In this document: piece by piece, positions 1-12,529 of the stretch
Position numbering within the stretch: position 1 is the first letter of the stretch
Layout: the number at the start of each line of letters is the position of its first letter
Source of the DNA: Octopus vulgaris
Taxonomy: Eukaryota
Length of the DNA stretch: 64,000 nucleotides
Reading direction: 5' to 3'
NCBI GenBank assembly: GCA_951406725.2
Contig: OX597836.1
Span: 38,750,001 to 38,814,000 of the forward strand
Notes under the pieces: model-generated
What the model was told of the DNA's origin: nothing
What the model saw: only the letters and a program-made list of their open reading frames with translations
The model's database searches: none
Made by a program: the position numbers and the translations under genes

Positions 1-141
1 ACCCCAGTGCGTAACTGGTACTTAATTTATTGACCCCGAAAGGATGAACGGCAAAGTTGACCTCGGCGGAATTTGAACTCAGAATGTAATGGCAGACGAA
101 ATACAGTTATGCATTTCATCCGGCATGCTAACATTTCTGCC
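1..141 (-). mobile_element. tRNA-derived SINE, family M (Meta-like central domain), partial
   Basis: Reverse complement of the recurrent GAGTTCAAATTCCGCCGAGGTCGACTTTGCCTTTCATCCTTTCGGGGTCGA module, cut by the window edge. Confidence 0.85.
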
Positions 142-747
142 ATACCCCAACATGATATCTTTAAAAGAAACTTCATATCGCACTGTGAAGTGATATCTTC
201 ACATCATACTGTAAAGACACAGTTTTAAAAATATCTCTACATATTACATTTTTAAGAGCTATCGTTAAAAATCTTTTCATATCTTACTAATAAAATTTTT
301 CATTTCAGACAGTTGAAAAATAACTTTAAAATAGATATCCGCATTGCATATTTTTAACAAGAATATTTAACAAGAATATATTCTGCCCTTGGTGTATTAA
401 TTTTCAAAATAATCTTGACTTACAAGAAGTTTAGTGAAATAATACATTTTTTATATACTGGAATTTTATATTATCTTTCATCTGATAATGATATTAGTCA
501 GAGATTTGAATCTAAATTTCAATACTTTCACTGAGTTAGTTTTAGGTGCATTGGTGTTGAATGAGTTAAAAAGAGTTGAATAATGAATTCTTTTTAACTT
601 GTTTAACATTGTTAAAAGCTGCCTTTAAAAAGATATTCCAAAGTGTTTTATATTACAGTAAAGTAACAGCAGAGAAAAACCAAGTGGATATGTAGAAATA
701 GAAGAAAGCTTTGTGACAGAGGTTCAATTCTTGCTTGTTATTTCACA

Positions 748-1172
748 GTGGCAAGCTGGCAGAATTGTTAGCATGCCAGGTGAAATGCTTAGTGGTATTT
801 AGTCTGCCACTACGTTCTGAGTTCAAATTCCGCCGAGGTCGACTTTGCTTTCATCCTTTCGGGGTTGATTAAATAAGTACCAGTTACGCACTGGGGTCGA
901 TGTAATCGACTTAATCCGTTTGTCTGTCCTTGTTTGTCACCTCTGTGTTTAGCCTCTTGTGGGTAGTAAAGAAATAGGTATTTCGTCTGTCATTATGTTC
1001 TGACTTCAAATTCCGCTGAGGTTGACTTTGCATTTCATCCTTGTACGGATCGATAAATTAAGTACCAGTTATCCCTTTGTCTGTCCTTGTCTGTTCCCTC
1101 TATGTTTAGCCCCTTGTGGGCAATAAAGAAATAAGAATTGTTAGCATGCAGGGCAAAATGTTTCGTGGCATT
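748..1172 (+). mobile_element. Family M SINE, tandem dimer plus partial third head
   Basis: Head GGCAAGCTGGCAGAATTGTTAGC, B-box-like GAGTTCAAATTCC, and two ~180 bp units joined at AAAGAAATA|GGTATTTCG. Confidence 0.85.
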
Positions 1173-1241
1173 CAAAAAGTTTCGTTAACATTCAAAAATT
1201 AAAGAAGGAAGCACTGAAGCATGTAGTTATACATTTATATA

Positions 1242-1290
<49 letters not shown>

Positions 1291-1292
<2 letters not shown>

Positions 1293-1749
1293 TCATTACA
1301 AATATAGTGTGAAAGATAATTAATTTGATAAAATCAACAAATTTCACCTAGTAGTTTTTCGGTATGGAAAAGGACCATATTCGGTGAAAACTTATACAAA
1401 AAGTTTTTTTTTATATATAATTATAACAATAAAGGTTTTGCAACAAGTTGCTTGACCATATACTGAAAATTTTAGAAATAGCAGCCAAAGGACTCCTATT
1501 ACCTTTTTCTACAAAAATATGTCTCCACAGACAACAATATTTGTAACTCACACGTGGCAAAAAAAAAAGAAAAATAACGAAATCAAATAGTCTTCCATAA
1601 TTAATCGAAGACTGTTTGATTTCATTATTTTTCTTCTTGTTGTCTGTGGAGACATATTTTTGTAGAAAAAGGTAATAGTAATCCTTTGGCTGCTATTTCT
1701 AAAATTTTCAGTATGTGATCAAGCAACTTGTTGCAAAACCCTTATTGTC
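1291..1749. mobile_element. Fold-back non-autonomous element next to (TA)n, probably Penelope-like
   Basis: Arms ~1423-1537 and ~1637-1749 are near-perfect reverse complements, with an inner hairpin at ~1565-1635. A shorter copy is at 29942-30192. Confidence 0.7.
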
Positions 1750-2108
1750 GAAAAGACGCTTGTCCTGACGTCCTGGTTTTCTTATAATTGTTTTTACGTA
1801 TTTTGTATTCTTATTCGTGCTATCATTATTGTTTTTACGTATTTTTGTATTTTTATTCGTGTAACATAGTCCATTTTCCGTCCATGTGTTGTATACATTC
1901 GAGGCTTTCTTCCAAGGAATCTAATGCACTTGGCTTAGATTTCCCTTGGGGGCTGCCCAGATCGGAGCAATCTCAAGATTAATCAGCCAAAATTGCGAAG
2001 ATGATCCGGTTCTTGACTGATGATTGAGGGCTTCGAATGTCCCGTCCGTGTTTTTTGTGTCGTCTTCTAAATGTTTCATGTTCTTGTTCCAGTTTGTATA
2101 ATTTTTAC

Positions 2109-2112
<4 letters not shown>
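1750..2112 (+). mobile_element. Dispersed non-coding repeat abutting (TA)n, Penelope-terminus-like
   Basis: Homologous to minus-strand copies at ~50310-50545 and ~51473-51695 (AATCTCAAGATTAATCAGCC...CTGANGA...CTTCGAATG). Confidence 0.65.
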
Positions 2113-2157
<45 letters not shown>

Positions 2158-2161
2158 TATT

Positions 2162-2193
<32 letters not shown>

Positions 2194-3229
2194 TGTATGT
2201 ATGTATGTATGTATGTATAAAAGATGATAAAGTCATAAATGAGAGTAATAGGATAATGGGAAAGAAAGAGAGAAAGAGATGGAGAGACTGACAGACAGAC
2301 AGACAGACCGCTATATGATAGTTGGTGTTAAGGAGATTCAGCAGAAACAGCATATGTGAGGGAAATTTAAGATTAAATATTAAAAATCTCCAACAAAAAT
2401 GTGTTAGATTCAGAATTTGCTAAGGTTGGATTGCAGGGGAAGAAGGAAGGACAGTTGAGAGACTGAGTGACAGAAGAGAAAGAAATGGAAGAGCTAAAGG
2501 GAGAGAGGGAGAGGCAGAGAGAGAGAGGCAGAGAGAGAGAGAGAGAGGGAGTGAGAATGGTAGGGAAGGGTGGGAGTGTCGTGGATGTTAGTAATGAGTG
2601 ATGGGAAAGAGAGTAGTAGAAGAGTGGGTGAGAGAATGATTAGGAAGGGAGAGTGAGTGATGGGTGTCAGTAATGAGAGATAGAAGAGAGAATAATGGAA
2701 GAGTGAATGAAAGAGTGATAGGGAAGGGAGAATGAGTGATGGATGTCAGTAATGAGTGATAGAAGAGAGAGAGAGAGCAATGTGCAAGAAGACTAACGGA
2801 TAGCAACATAGATAGGTGGCTTTGAAGGAGAATCAATGATAAGAGAGTACGTAATGGATACCTGTGAGAGATTGGAAGAAGTATCAAGAGAGAAAATGGT
2901 GACAGGGTGGTTTGATATGAACATAGTGGGTAGGAGGGACCCAAATGCAAGAATTACACATCTCACCTCCATTAATACCATTTCCATCATTTCTGCATCT
3001 TATTTTCCATACTTGCACAGAAAAAAACCCCAAAAAAACAATGTTATACAAAATAGAGAAAAATCAATTTTTGGATTGAAATATCGTTATTATATGATCA
3101 CTACTTCTCCATCACAATGTTTAACCACTTATCACAATCCATTGTCATCTCTTTCGTGAGGCTTAGCCACTTGAGATGAGTCTTCACCACTTTACTCCGT
3201 GATTTTCTCTTCTACAGGTTCTATGCATG

Positions 3230-4140
3230 CAGGCGTGGGTGTGTGGTAAAAAAGTGTGCTTTCTAACCACATGATTTCAGGTTCAGTCCCACTGCATGGC
3301 ACATTGGATAAGTGCCTTACGAAAAAAACAAAAGACGAAGACAGGTGGTGTACAAAACAAACAAATGTATTAGTATAACGCTCAGGAATAAAAAAAATGT
3401 CCTTTATGTTTCGAGCCTACGCTCTTCTGCAGAAAGGGACACAGAAAAAACAAGGAGAGAAACAAGGAGAGAAAAAAATATGTGTAGTGGCTAACGATCT
3501 ATCATGGCAACTGATATGCTAGTGATGCATAACTGGTACCTATGCTGATGGTAAGTAAAAAGCACCATTCAAATGTTGGGCCTCGTGGAAGCAGTGTCAA
3601 GCAACCAAGAAGCTTTGCGATATACTGAGCTTGAGAAGGCTAAGAGGGATCATAATTATGGCTGATGTTACATAACTGGAACCCATGCCAGTGGCACGTA
3701 AAAAGCACCCACTACACTTTTGGAGTGGTTGACATAAGGAAGGACATCAGCTGTAGAAACCATATCAAATCAGACAGGAACCTGGTGTAGCACCCCAGTT
3801 TACCAGCTTTTTGTCAAACGTTCTTGCCCATCCCAGCATGGAAAATGGACGTTAAAAGATGATGATGATGATGATGATGTATGTATGTATGTATGTATAT
3901 GTGTGTTTATGTCTATGTGTATATGTTTTTATGTTTGTTCCTCACCACTGCTGATAACTGGTGTTGGTTGGTTTATATCCCTATGACTTAGCAGTTTGAC
4001 AAAACAGATAAATAGAATAAAATACATGACTTTAAAAAGAAGAAATAAGAACTATGATTGGTTTGTTTGGGTAAAGATATCAAGGTAATGCCCCAGCATG
4101 GTCGCTGTACAAATAACTGAAAAAAGTAAATGAAGATAAA
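3230..4140 (+). mobile_element. Nested SINE cluster: OR-like tRNA/CORE SINE head, hammerhead-element insertion (~3316-3510), RTE-tailed SINE (to ~3880), decayed OR-like tail
   Basis: Head GGCGTGGGTGTGTGGTAAAAAAG...GGTTCAGTCCCACTGC; tail GCATGGAAAATGGACGTTAAAAGATGATGATG; 3' half matches the copy at 48960-49150. Confidence 0.7.
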
Positions 4141-4639
4141 ATAAAATATGCTGTTTATTCTTATCTTAAATTGTCGGACAAGTCTAAAAAGTTTAAAACA
4201 TCATTATTTTATGAAAACAGGTGATTTCCCCCCCCCCCCCCCTTTTCAATTTCCACAGGGGGGCCCTGTATGAGAAATACTGCACCTGTCTACAAAATAA
4301 TGATTTTGAAGATCTAGGGGCTGTAAATTCAGTCTTAACCGAAGGGAAAATAACAGCTGTGTAAAAAAAACAAAAAATTACACCTGAGGACAGCTGGAGA
4401 ATATTCCAGCAGAAAAGTTATATAAAACAATTTTTAAAAATTATTAGAATATAAAGATGGCATTACTAGAGTCATCAGTAGGAGTAAATTATGAATCATA
4501 AAAGTTATTTATTTACAAATAAAAAACTAATTCAATAACGAAATTTGATAAAATATATTTATGTTCACTCTTCCATGTAATGGCTATCAGTTGCCTCATC
4601 AGTAACAAACAGTACTATCTCCTATATTTCAGAAATATT

Positions 4640-5065
4640 GGTGTTGATGTTGGTGTTGGTGGTGGTGCTACTGCTGTTGGTGGTGACAATGGCGGTGTTT
4701 GTGATGATGGGTGTTGTATGTGGTAGTGATAGTGGTGGTGGTGGTGGTGGTGGTGGTGGTGGTGGCAGAGGCAGTGATGTCGTGGTGCGGGTTGTTATTA
4801 TATGTGGTGATGGTGGCAGTGGTGTTGGTGTTGGTGTTGGTGGTGGTGTTGGTGGTGTTGGTGTTGGTGTTGGTGTTGGTAGTGGTGGTGGTGTTGGTGG
4901 TGGTGGTTGTTATTATATGTGGTGATGGTGGCAGTGGTGGTGATGGTGGTGTTGGTGGTGATTTTGGTGGTGAGGGCTGTTATTATATGTAGTGATGGTA
5001 GCAGTGGTGTTGGTGGCAGTGGTGTTGGTGGTGATGTCGGTGGTGGTGGTGGTGGTGGCTGGTGT
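4640..5065. repeat. (GGT)n/(GGTGTT)n low-complexity repeat
   Basis: Direct inspection; includes three GTTATTATATGT sub-units. Confidence 0.9.
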
Positions 5066-5339
5066 TGCTTCTACTAAATATTGATTTCAAATGTTTGGCA
5101 CATGGCCAGATATTTCCAGGGAAGGACTAAGATGTTTACATCAAACTCAATGCTCAACTGGTACTTATTCTATCAACCCCGGAAAGATGAAAGACAAAAG
5201 TCGACCTCGGCAGAATTTGAACTCAGAACATAACAACAGACCAAATACCACTACTCACACAGACCTGTGCGCACGCACATATCCACATAAACACACACAT
5301 ACCTCCTTCTCTTGCACTCTCCTGTCCTTGAAATAACTT

Positions 5340-5577
5340 TTTCTTCACCCCTTCCCTTCCGGTCATTCAATATGTGACCGTGTGTGTATCCTTCGCTATT
5401 TTCTTTCCTCTGTCTTCCCTTCCTTGGACCTTTCCTTTTTCTGTGTTTCTGACGAAGAGCTCTACTCGAAATGTTAAATCCTCCTTCTTTCTTTCCTTTC
5501 CTGAGTGTCCAATAACACTATACTTGTTCCACATCCTCGCGTTGTTGTGCTTTCTCTTTGTTCATGTTTGGAGTAAC

Positions 5578-5580
<3 letters not shown>
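5340..5580 (+). mobile_element. Short hammerhead-bearing non-autonomous element
   Basis: GTTT-CTGACGA-A-GAGCTCTACTC-GAAA-TGTT-AAAT at 5445-5479. Homologue on the minus strand at ~14237-14470. Ends at a (CA)n tract. Confidence 0.65.
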
Positions 5581-5629
<49 letters not shown>

Positions 5630-5893
5630 ATGAGCTTCTTTCAGTTTTCAGCTACCAAAGCCACTCACAAGGCTTTGGTTAGCCCAAGGGTATTTTAGAA
5701 GACTGAACCTGGAACCATGTGGTTGGAAAGCAAACTTCTTACCACACAGCTATGCATGCATGTATCATCATCATACATGTACATAAACATATATAATACA
5801 CACACATATATGTATGTACATATATATATATAATTATAATAAGGGTGCTGAATGGTTACAACACCAGGCTGCTAGAGATAGACCCTAATTACA

Positions 5894-5927
<34 letters not shown>

Positions 5928-6081
5928 AAAAAATAGATGAGTGTATTTTTCCCTTGTTATAGGCTTCTTCTGACGTTATATCATATTATATATTTTTGAA
6001 ACAATATTAAGTGTTCAGTAAATCACTATACACATCCATAATTTTCTGTTAAAATGTCTTATTGACGAGTTTCCTTTCTTC

Positions 6082-6169
6082 ACTTCCCTGAAGAGAAGAT
6101 GACATTGTTTTACACCATTTATTCCTTTAAAATAATATTAGTGAAATCTTCGAAATATGTGTCGGAAGT
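6082..6169 (+). ncRNA. Type I hammerhead ribozyme, canonical core, in a Penelope-like terminus between (TA)n tracts
   Basis: Stem I ACTTCC(6082-87)/GGAAGT(6164-69); core CTGAAGA(6088-94); stem II GAAGAT/ATCTTC; GAAA(6152-55); minimal stem III TATGTG; GTC cleavage triplet ending at 6163. Confidence 0.8.
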
Positions 6170-6229
6170 AAAAGTATTTGAATTATACCTGCGTTAAACT
6201 CCATTTATTTATTTTTATATATATATACA

Positions 6230-6306
<77 letters not shown>

Positions 6307-6526
6307 CAAGTCCAGGCATCACATCGACAAAGAGCAAAGTCTGTAAAACCTTATATGGTACTAAAAATAAAACTATGTTGAATTTCAAGTGCAAAACTGT
6401 AATTTTTACTTTATCAGGATATATGTAGCCCCACAAAGTCTTATGAACTTGTATAATTCACACCCACCCCCTACAACAACATCTCATGTGCTTATATGCA
6501 TAACCACCAAAGGACCTTATAAACCT

Positions 6527-6754
6527 ATTTCTTTACTACCCAGAACAGGCTACACACAAAGGGGACAAACAAGGACAGACAAATGGATTAAGTCGATTAT
6601 ATTGACCCCAGTGCGTAACTGGTACTTACTTAATTGACTCCGAAAGGATGAAAGGCAAAGTCGACCTTGGCGGAATCTGAACTCAGAGCGTAACAGCAGA
6701 CGAAATACTGCTAAGCATTTCGCCCGGCATGCTAACGTTTCTGCCAGCTCACTG
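6527..6754 (-). mobile_element. Family M SINE monomer with ~12 bp target-site duplication
   Basis: Flanked by CCTTATAAACCT (6515-6526) and CCTTATATACCT (6755-6766). Confidence 0.85.
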
Positions 6755-7471
6755 CCTTATATACCTGTAGAATTCAACCCCACAGCTTCTTATGTACTTA
6801 TAAGTTTACCCTACCACGAAGCCTTGCACCCCAAAGCTTGTAATGTACTTATAAACCTACCTGATCACAGAATCTTATATGCTAGTACAATTCATCCCCA
6901 CAACATCATCATCACCATCATCATTTAACATCTGTTGTCCATACTGGCATGGGTTGGATGGTGTGACCAGAGCTAATAAGGTTAGGAGCTGCACCCCAGC
7001 TTATGTACTAACCACACCAAAGGGGTCTTATGTACTTTTACTACAATTCCCTCCAGGAACTGGAAAGTCTCTCCACCCCTAGCATCGAAGACCCTCCCTT
7101 GTTGGCTTGAGCTGTTCCTTCGTTAGTGGTACCACCACCATGAAGACAATGGTGTCGATAGGGATAGTGGGGATGGTAATGATGATGATGGGAAATAATG
7201 AGAAGATGGGAAATATTGTGAGTGAGTGGAGTGACAGACACAATTTGGCACACGTGAACTTTTCTAATGAACTATTTTCCTTCTCGTTTACTAGAGCAGA
7301 CATTGTTTATATGTCATTCCATGATGATTGATTTATCAATACATTACTTGGCTTCCACTTAGTTTCTTTCTAAAAACACCAACAATAATAATAATAATAA
7401 TAATAGCAATGATAATAAAAATAATACTAATAACAACAATTGTTGTTGTTATTATTATTATTATTATTATT

Positions 7472-7960
7472 AAGGAGGCGAGCTGAAAGAATCATTGGCA
7501 TGCTGGGCAAAATGCTTAGTGGTATTTTGTCTGCCGTCATGTTCTGAGTTCAAATTCCGCCGAGGTCGACTTTGCTTTCATCCTTTCGGAATCGATAAAT
7601 TAAGTACCATTTACGCACTGGGGTCGATGTAATCAACTTAATCTGTTTGTCTGTCCGTGTTTGTCCCCTCTGTGTTTAGCCTCTTGTGGGTAGTAAAGAA
7701 ATAGGTATTTTGTCCATCTTTAAGTTCTGAGTTCAAATTCCACCAGGGCTGACTTTGCCTTTCATCCTTTCGGGGTCGATGAATTAAGTACCAGTTGCAT
7801 ACTGGGGTCAATATAATCGACTGACCCCCTCCCCCAAAATTTCAGGCCTTGTGCATACAGTAAAAAGGAATAAAATAAGTACTAGCTGCACACTGGAATC
7901 GATATAATTGACTTAGCCCCAACTCCAAATTTCAGCCCTTGTCGCCACAGAAGAAAGGAT
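7472..7960 (+). mobile_element. Family M SINE multimer (young-tail unit followed by old-tail units)
   Basis: Junction AAAGAAATA|GGTATTTTG near 7703. Later units end GGCCTTGTG...AAAGGATTATT. Confidence 0.8.
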
Positions 7961-7965
7961 TATTA

Positions 7966-8017
<52 letters not shown>

Positions 8018-8450
8018 CGTCGTCGTTGTTGTTGTTGTTGTTGTTGTTGTTATTATCATTATTATTAATTTTATTAACCACAGGGGCATAAAGGAAGAGA
8101 ACATCACAAGGGCAGAAAACAATTTGTGTTGGGGCTTACACAAAGGATGGAGAGAAGGAAATGGAAAGGACGGTGAAATGCGATAAAAGTACACATAGTA
8201 CACAAAGTGTGTGTTAACATGAATAATGCAGTCCCCCTGTTACACAAGAAACTCCAGCTAGGGCCAATCAATGAACCTAACAGCCCTCTCTCTTGCTCTT
8301 CCATCTACAGGTGCATACTTAGAATAGAGCACTTTTATCACAGTCACCGATCTTTTTACAAATTCACTGGGAGGTAGCACTTCCCTCTCCATCCTCACTT
8401 TACTTTCCAAGTGGAACTTAAGTGAGTCAATGGGATACTTAAAAAAGTCA

Positions 8451-8481
<31 letters not shown>

Positions 8482-8509
8482 TATAACAACAACAACAACA
8501 ATAATAATA

Positions 8510-9009
8510 ATAGTGTTATCATGTACATTGTTTTGTCTTGGTATAAAAGATGGGCTACAGCAAATATTCTGCTCAAAACCACAGATTTGCTCGTCAGTTG
8601 TTTGACCTTAACCAGTTGAGCATGTCCCTTGGTGGCTGACGATATGTGCATCTCTGATTACAAGCAGAAGTAGTTGGGGAGCATCATAGCCATGTGTTGA
8701 GAGGGAATCTTTGGGGTTTTAATAATTCACCTCTGGAAACATGGCTGTTTCATTCAACATCCTTAAACAACCCTTATTCAGGGACCTTTTGAGTGGGATG
8801 GGCTATTCAACCAGAAGAAAATTCTAACTGGGTCCCACCCGCAAGGTCATGTGCTGTTCATCGCGATATGAGATCACCATGTCGCACACATATGGTTGTG
8901 ATGCATGTGCCTAGTGTACCCTTATCAGATGGGTAGTCATGATGGGTATACTTGGTTTCGTATATTTTACCCCAGTGTCACTTAGATGGCATGCACTGCT
9001 CTCTCAATC

Positions 9010-9053
<44 letters not shown>

Positions 9054-9253
9054 TAATTATAACAACAACAACAATAATAATAATAGTGTTATCATGTACA
9101 TTGTTTTGTCTTGGTATAAAAGATGGGCTACAGCAAATATTCTGCTCAATACCAAAGATTTACTTGTCAGTTGTTTGACCATAACCAGTTGAGCCTGTCC
9201 CTTAGTCGCTGACGATATGTGCATCTCTGATTATGAGCAGAAGTAGTTGGGGA
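8510..9253 (+). mobile_element. Retroelement 3'-end-like repeat inside (TAA)n, with partial tandem duplication
   Basis: 8512-9010 is bounded by (AAT)n on both sides. Its first ~170 bp and the microsatellite are repeated at ~9010-9253. Confidence 0.6.
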
Positions 9254-10010
9254 GTTTTTGAATTAAAATCTTCCACCAAACCTTAATCACAATTTATGTT
9301 CCTAACACTAGCTTAATGATAATTAAGTTATTTTACTAAATTCTTTATTATATTTAACCCTTCTGATATCAACCCGACTGAAACCAGCTCAGGCTCTGTA
9401 GTATAAATGTCTTGTTTTCAAAAGTTTTTGAATTAAAATCTTCCACCAAACCTTAATCACAATTTATGTTCCTAACACTAGCTTAATGATAACTAAGTTA
9501 TTTTACTAAATTCTTTATTATATTTAACCCTTCTGATATCAACCCGGCTGAAACCAGCTCTGGCTCTGTAGTACAAATGTCTTGTTTTCAAAAGTTTTTG
9601 AATTAAAATCTTCCACCAAACCTTAATTTCAATTTATGTTCCTAACACTAGCTTAATGATAACTAAGTTATTTTACTAAATTCTTTGTTAATTTAGAATT
9701 AATTGAAAGAAACACAGAGCATCTCAAAATGAATATGGTAACAAAAGGGTTAACTCATGTTATCTCCTAACTAGGATTGTCTTTATTTTCCTTAACCCTT
9801 TCAGTACCAACCCGGCTGAAACTACCTCTGTAGTACAAATATCTTGTTTCCAAAAGCTTTTGAATTAAAATCTTCCACCAAACCTAAATCACAATTTATG
9901 TTCCTAACACTATGATAACTAAGTTATTTTACTAAATACTTTGTTAATTTAAAATTAATTGAAAGAAACACAGAGCATCTCAAAATAAATACAGTAACGA
10001 AAGGGGTTAA
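9254..10010 (+). mobile_element. Tandem cluster of piggyBac-type MITE copies
   Basis: Units begin TTAA|CCCTT and complete ones end AAGGG|TTAA (~9752, ~10009). Same element as 13296-13515. Confidence 0.8.
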
Positions 10011-10793
10011 CTCATGTATAATGGTAAGAACTTGTCTTTTCTGTTATCTCCTAACTACAATTTTCTTTATTTTAATCCTTGCATTCGGTTAAGAGCGGCT
10101 TTCATTCAGTGCCTGTTCAATTCAAGTTGTTCACTGATTCAATAATGAAATGCAGCTGGGTAAGCACTATAGAAGGAAGAGATTATAAATATTATTTACA
10201 GACTTGTAAAAATTTCAAAATTCAAACCAGGAACATATATTTACTCAGAAATTGCCTGTTTAGTTGGAAAGTAGCCACTACTTGACTATTTGCTTAGTCA
10301 ACCAATATTTCTATTAAATTACTGACTGTATTGCTCTCTATTCTACTGCAAACTGATTCTTGTGAGCCATTTCAATCATAACTAAGCTATTATCATATTC
10401 ATTGGTACTTATTCTGATGCTAAAAATATACTGATAACATGTAGAGTAGATGCTGTGAAATATATGTAAATATTCTGAAGAAATGTTAAGGCTAAAATAA
10501 TAAAAATATATATATATATATTTAAAAATACAAATTAGATACTACAGAAAGTGTATGGCAGGAACTCTAATTCTATATTACAAATTCCATAACCTTTCAC
10601 TCCGTGTATGCATTTATGTGTTTGTGTGCCAGTGTGTGTGCGTGCATGTGTGTTCCTGTATGTGTGTGCCTGTATGTGAATGCCTCTATGTATGTGCGTG
10701 CCTGTGTATGTGTGCTTATATGTGCGTGCATATGTGTGTGTATGTGCTTGTATGTGTGTGCGTGCGTGTGTGTGTGTGCGTGTGTGTGTACGT

Positions 10794-10831
<38 letters not shown>

Positions 10832-11182
10832 TACTTGATTGCAGGAGTTGATTTATTGATTGAGACATAAAGGGAGAAAGGGTGATGATTATAAAGCTAA
10901 AACCTTTCCTAATATATTGTAGTAATTTATATACTTGACCACAGGAGTCCTTCAGAACATAATCTGTTACGCTGTATATTAAAAGACATTGATAAGGAAG
11001 AACCAACAATTTCATGTGGTTCATCATTTCTACATTTTGCATAGGAGAACCTTCTCGTAATTCATCAGTATTTTCAACAATCAAGTTACTGATGGGACAA
11101 CTACATACAATTATCAATCCTCCTTGAACCATTTTTACCTCTACCATCTCGCCCCCTGTCCATACTGGTATTTCTCCATCAC

Positions 11183-11598
11183 AGGCGGCGAGCTGGCAGA
11201 AATGTTAGCATGCCGGGCGAAATGCGTAGCCGTATTTCGTCTGCCGTTACATTCTGAGTTCAAATTCCACCAAGGTCGACTTTGCCTTTCATCCTTTTGG
11301 GGTCGAGAAATTAAGTACCAGTTACGCACTGGGGTCGATGTAATCGACTTGATTCGTTTGTCTGTCCTTGTATGTCTTCTCTGTGTTTAGCCCCTTGTGG
11401 GTAGCAAAGAAATAGGTATTTTGCCTGCCATTACGTTCTGAGTTCAAATTCCGCCGAGGTTGACTTTGCCTTTCATCCTTTCGGGGTTGATTAAATAAGT
11501 ACCAGTTACGCACTGGGGTCGATGTAATCGACTTGATTCGTTTGTCTGTCCTTGTATGTCTTCTCTGTGTTTAGCTCCTTGTGGGTAGTAAAGAAATA
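11183..11598 (+). mobile_element. Family M SINE dimer with 16 bp TSD
   Basis: GGTATTTCTCCATCAC at 11167-11182 and again at 11599-11614. Confidence 0.9.
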
Positions 11599-11669
11599 GG
11601 TATTTCTCCATCACCCATATCTCCACATGTGTTCATCACTTACTACATTCAACTCTGAAGTGATGATAC

Positions 11670-11990
11670 ACACAAAACAGCCTTACTGAAGAGCTTTAAG
11701 ATCAGCCCTTGACATCTGGGAAAATGCAAGACAAGGCTGCTCTGCTTGATGAAACTGAACCGGCAGAGGTGCCACCTCCTACAAACAGAACGGAGGCACA
11801 AAGAAAATGTGAGCTGCACAAGCCTAGAGCCAACTGCTCACCGTCAGTCTCAGCAGACTACTAACACCTGACCTGTGGTAGAGCCTTCTGAGCATGCATC
11901 AAACTAGTTGGCCACAGCTAGACACAGTGTGCCCCCATCTTCTCTCATGTGATACCTTTGGTCATCATTGGTCATGATGGACGAACTAAT
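11670..11990 (+). mobile_element. Degenerate RTE/BovB-type LINE 3' end
   Basis: Broken frames read LKSFKI..., EAQRKCELHK, TCGRAF..CIKLVGHS.T (decayed C2H2-like C-terminus). Ends GATGGACGAAC plus (TAA)n. Confidence 0.6.
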
Positions 11991-12113
11991 AATAATAATA
12001 GCATTTAATTCTGCCCCGTCTCCAACCATCTTTCACTCTCAACTCACACTTCTATGAAACTACCTACCCCTCCTTTTTCCCTCATTCACTGTCCACATCC
12101 TCCCCCTCTCTTC

Positions 12114-12152
<39 letters not shown>

Positions 12153-12349
12153 CTACACACAAGGGGCTAAACATAGAGGGGACAAACAAGGATAGACAAA
12201 GGGATTAAGTTGATTACATCGACCCCACTGTGTAACTGGTACTTAATTTATCGACCCCGAAAAGATGAAAGGCAAAGTCGACGTCAGCGGAATTTGAACT
12301 CAGAACGTAACGGCATTTCGCCTGGCGTGCTAACGTTTCTGCCAGCTCG

Positions 12350-12490
<141 letters not shown>

Positions 12491-12529
12491 CACACACACA
12501 CACACACACATATATATATACAAAGTGCA

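Noticed and set aside
1990-2050. Hammerhead in the CTGANGA...CTTCGAATG family (also ~50320 and ~51590)
   Set aside because: CTGANGA is kept with variable N, but GAAA is GAAT and I could not form stems I and III convincingly.
7041-7303. His-rich minus-strand ORF as a downstream exon
   Set aside because: No convincing splice sites or homology; low complexity.
8311-8373. + strand exon after a strong acceptor at 8310
   Set aside because: Weak donor (GTAGCA), one short open frame, and no partner exons.
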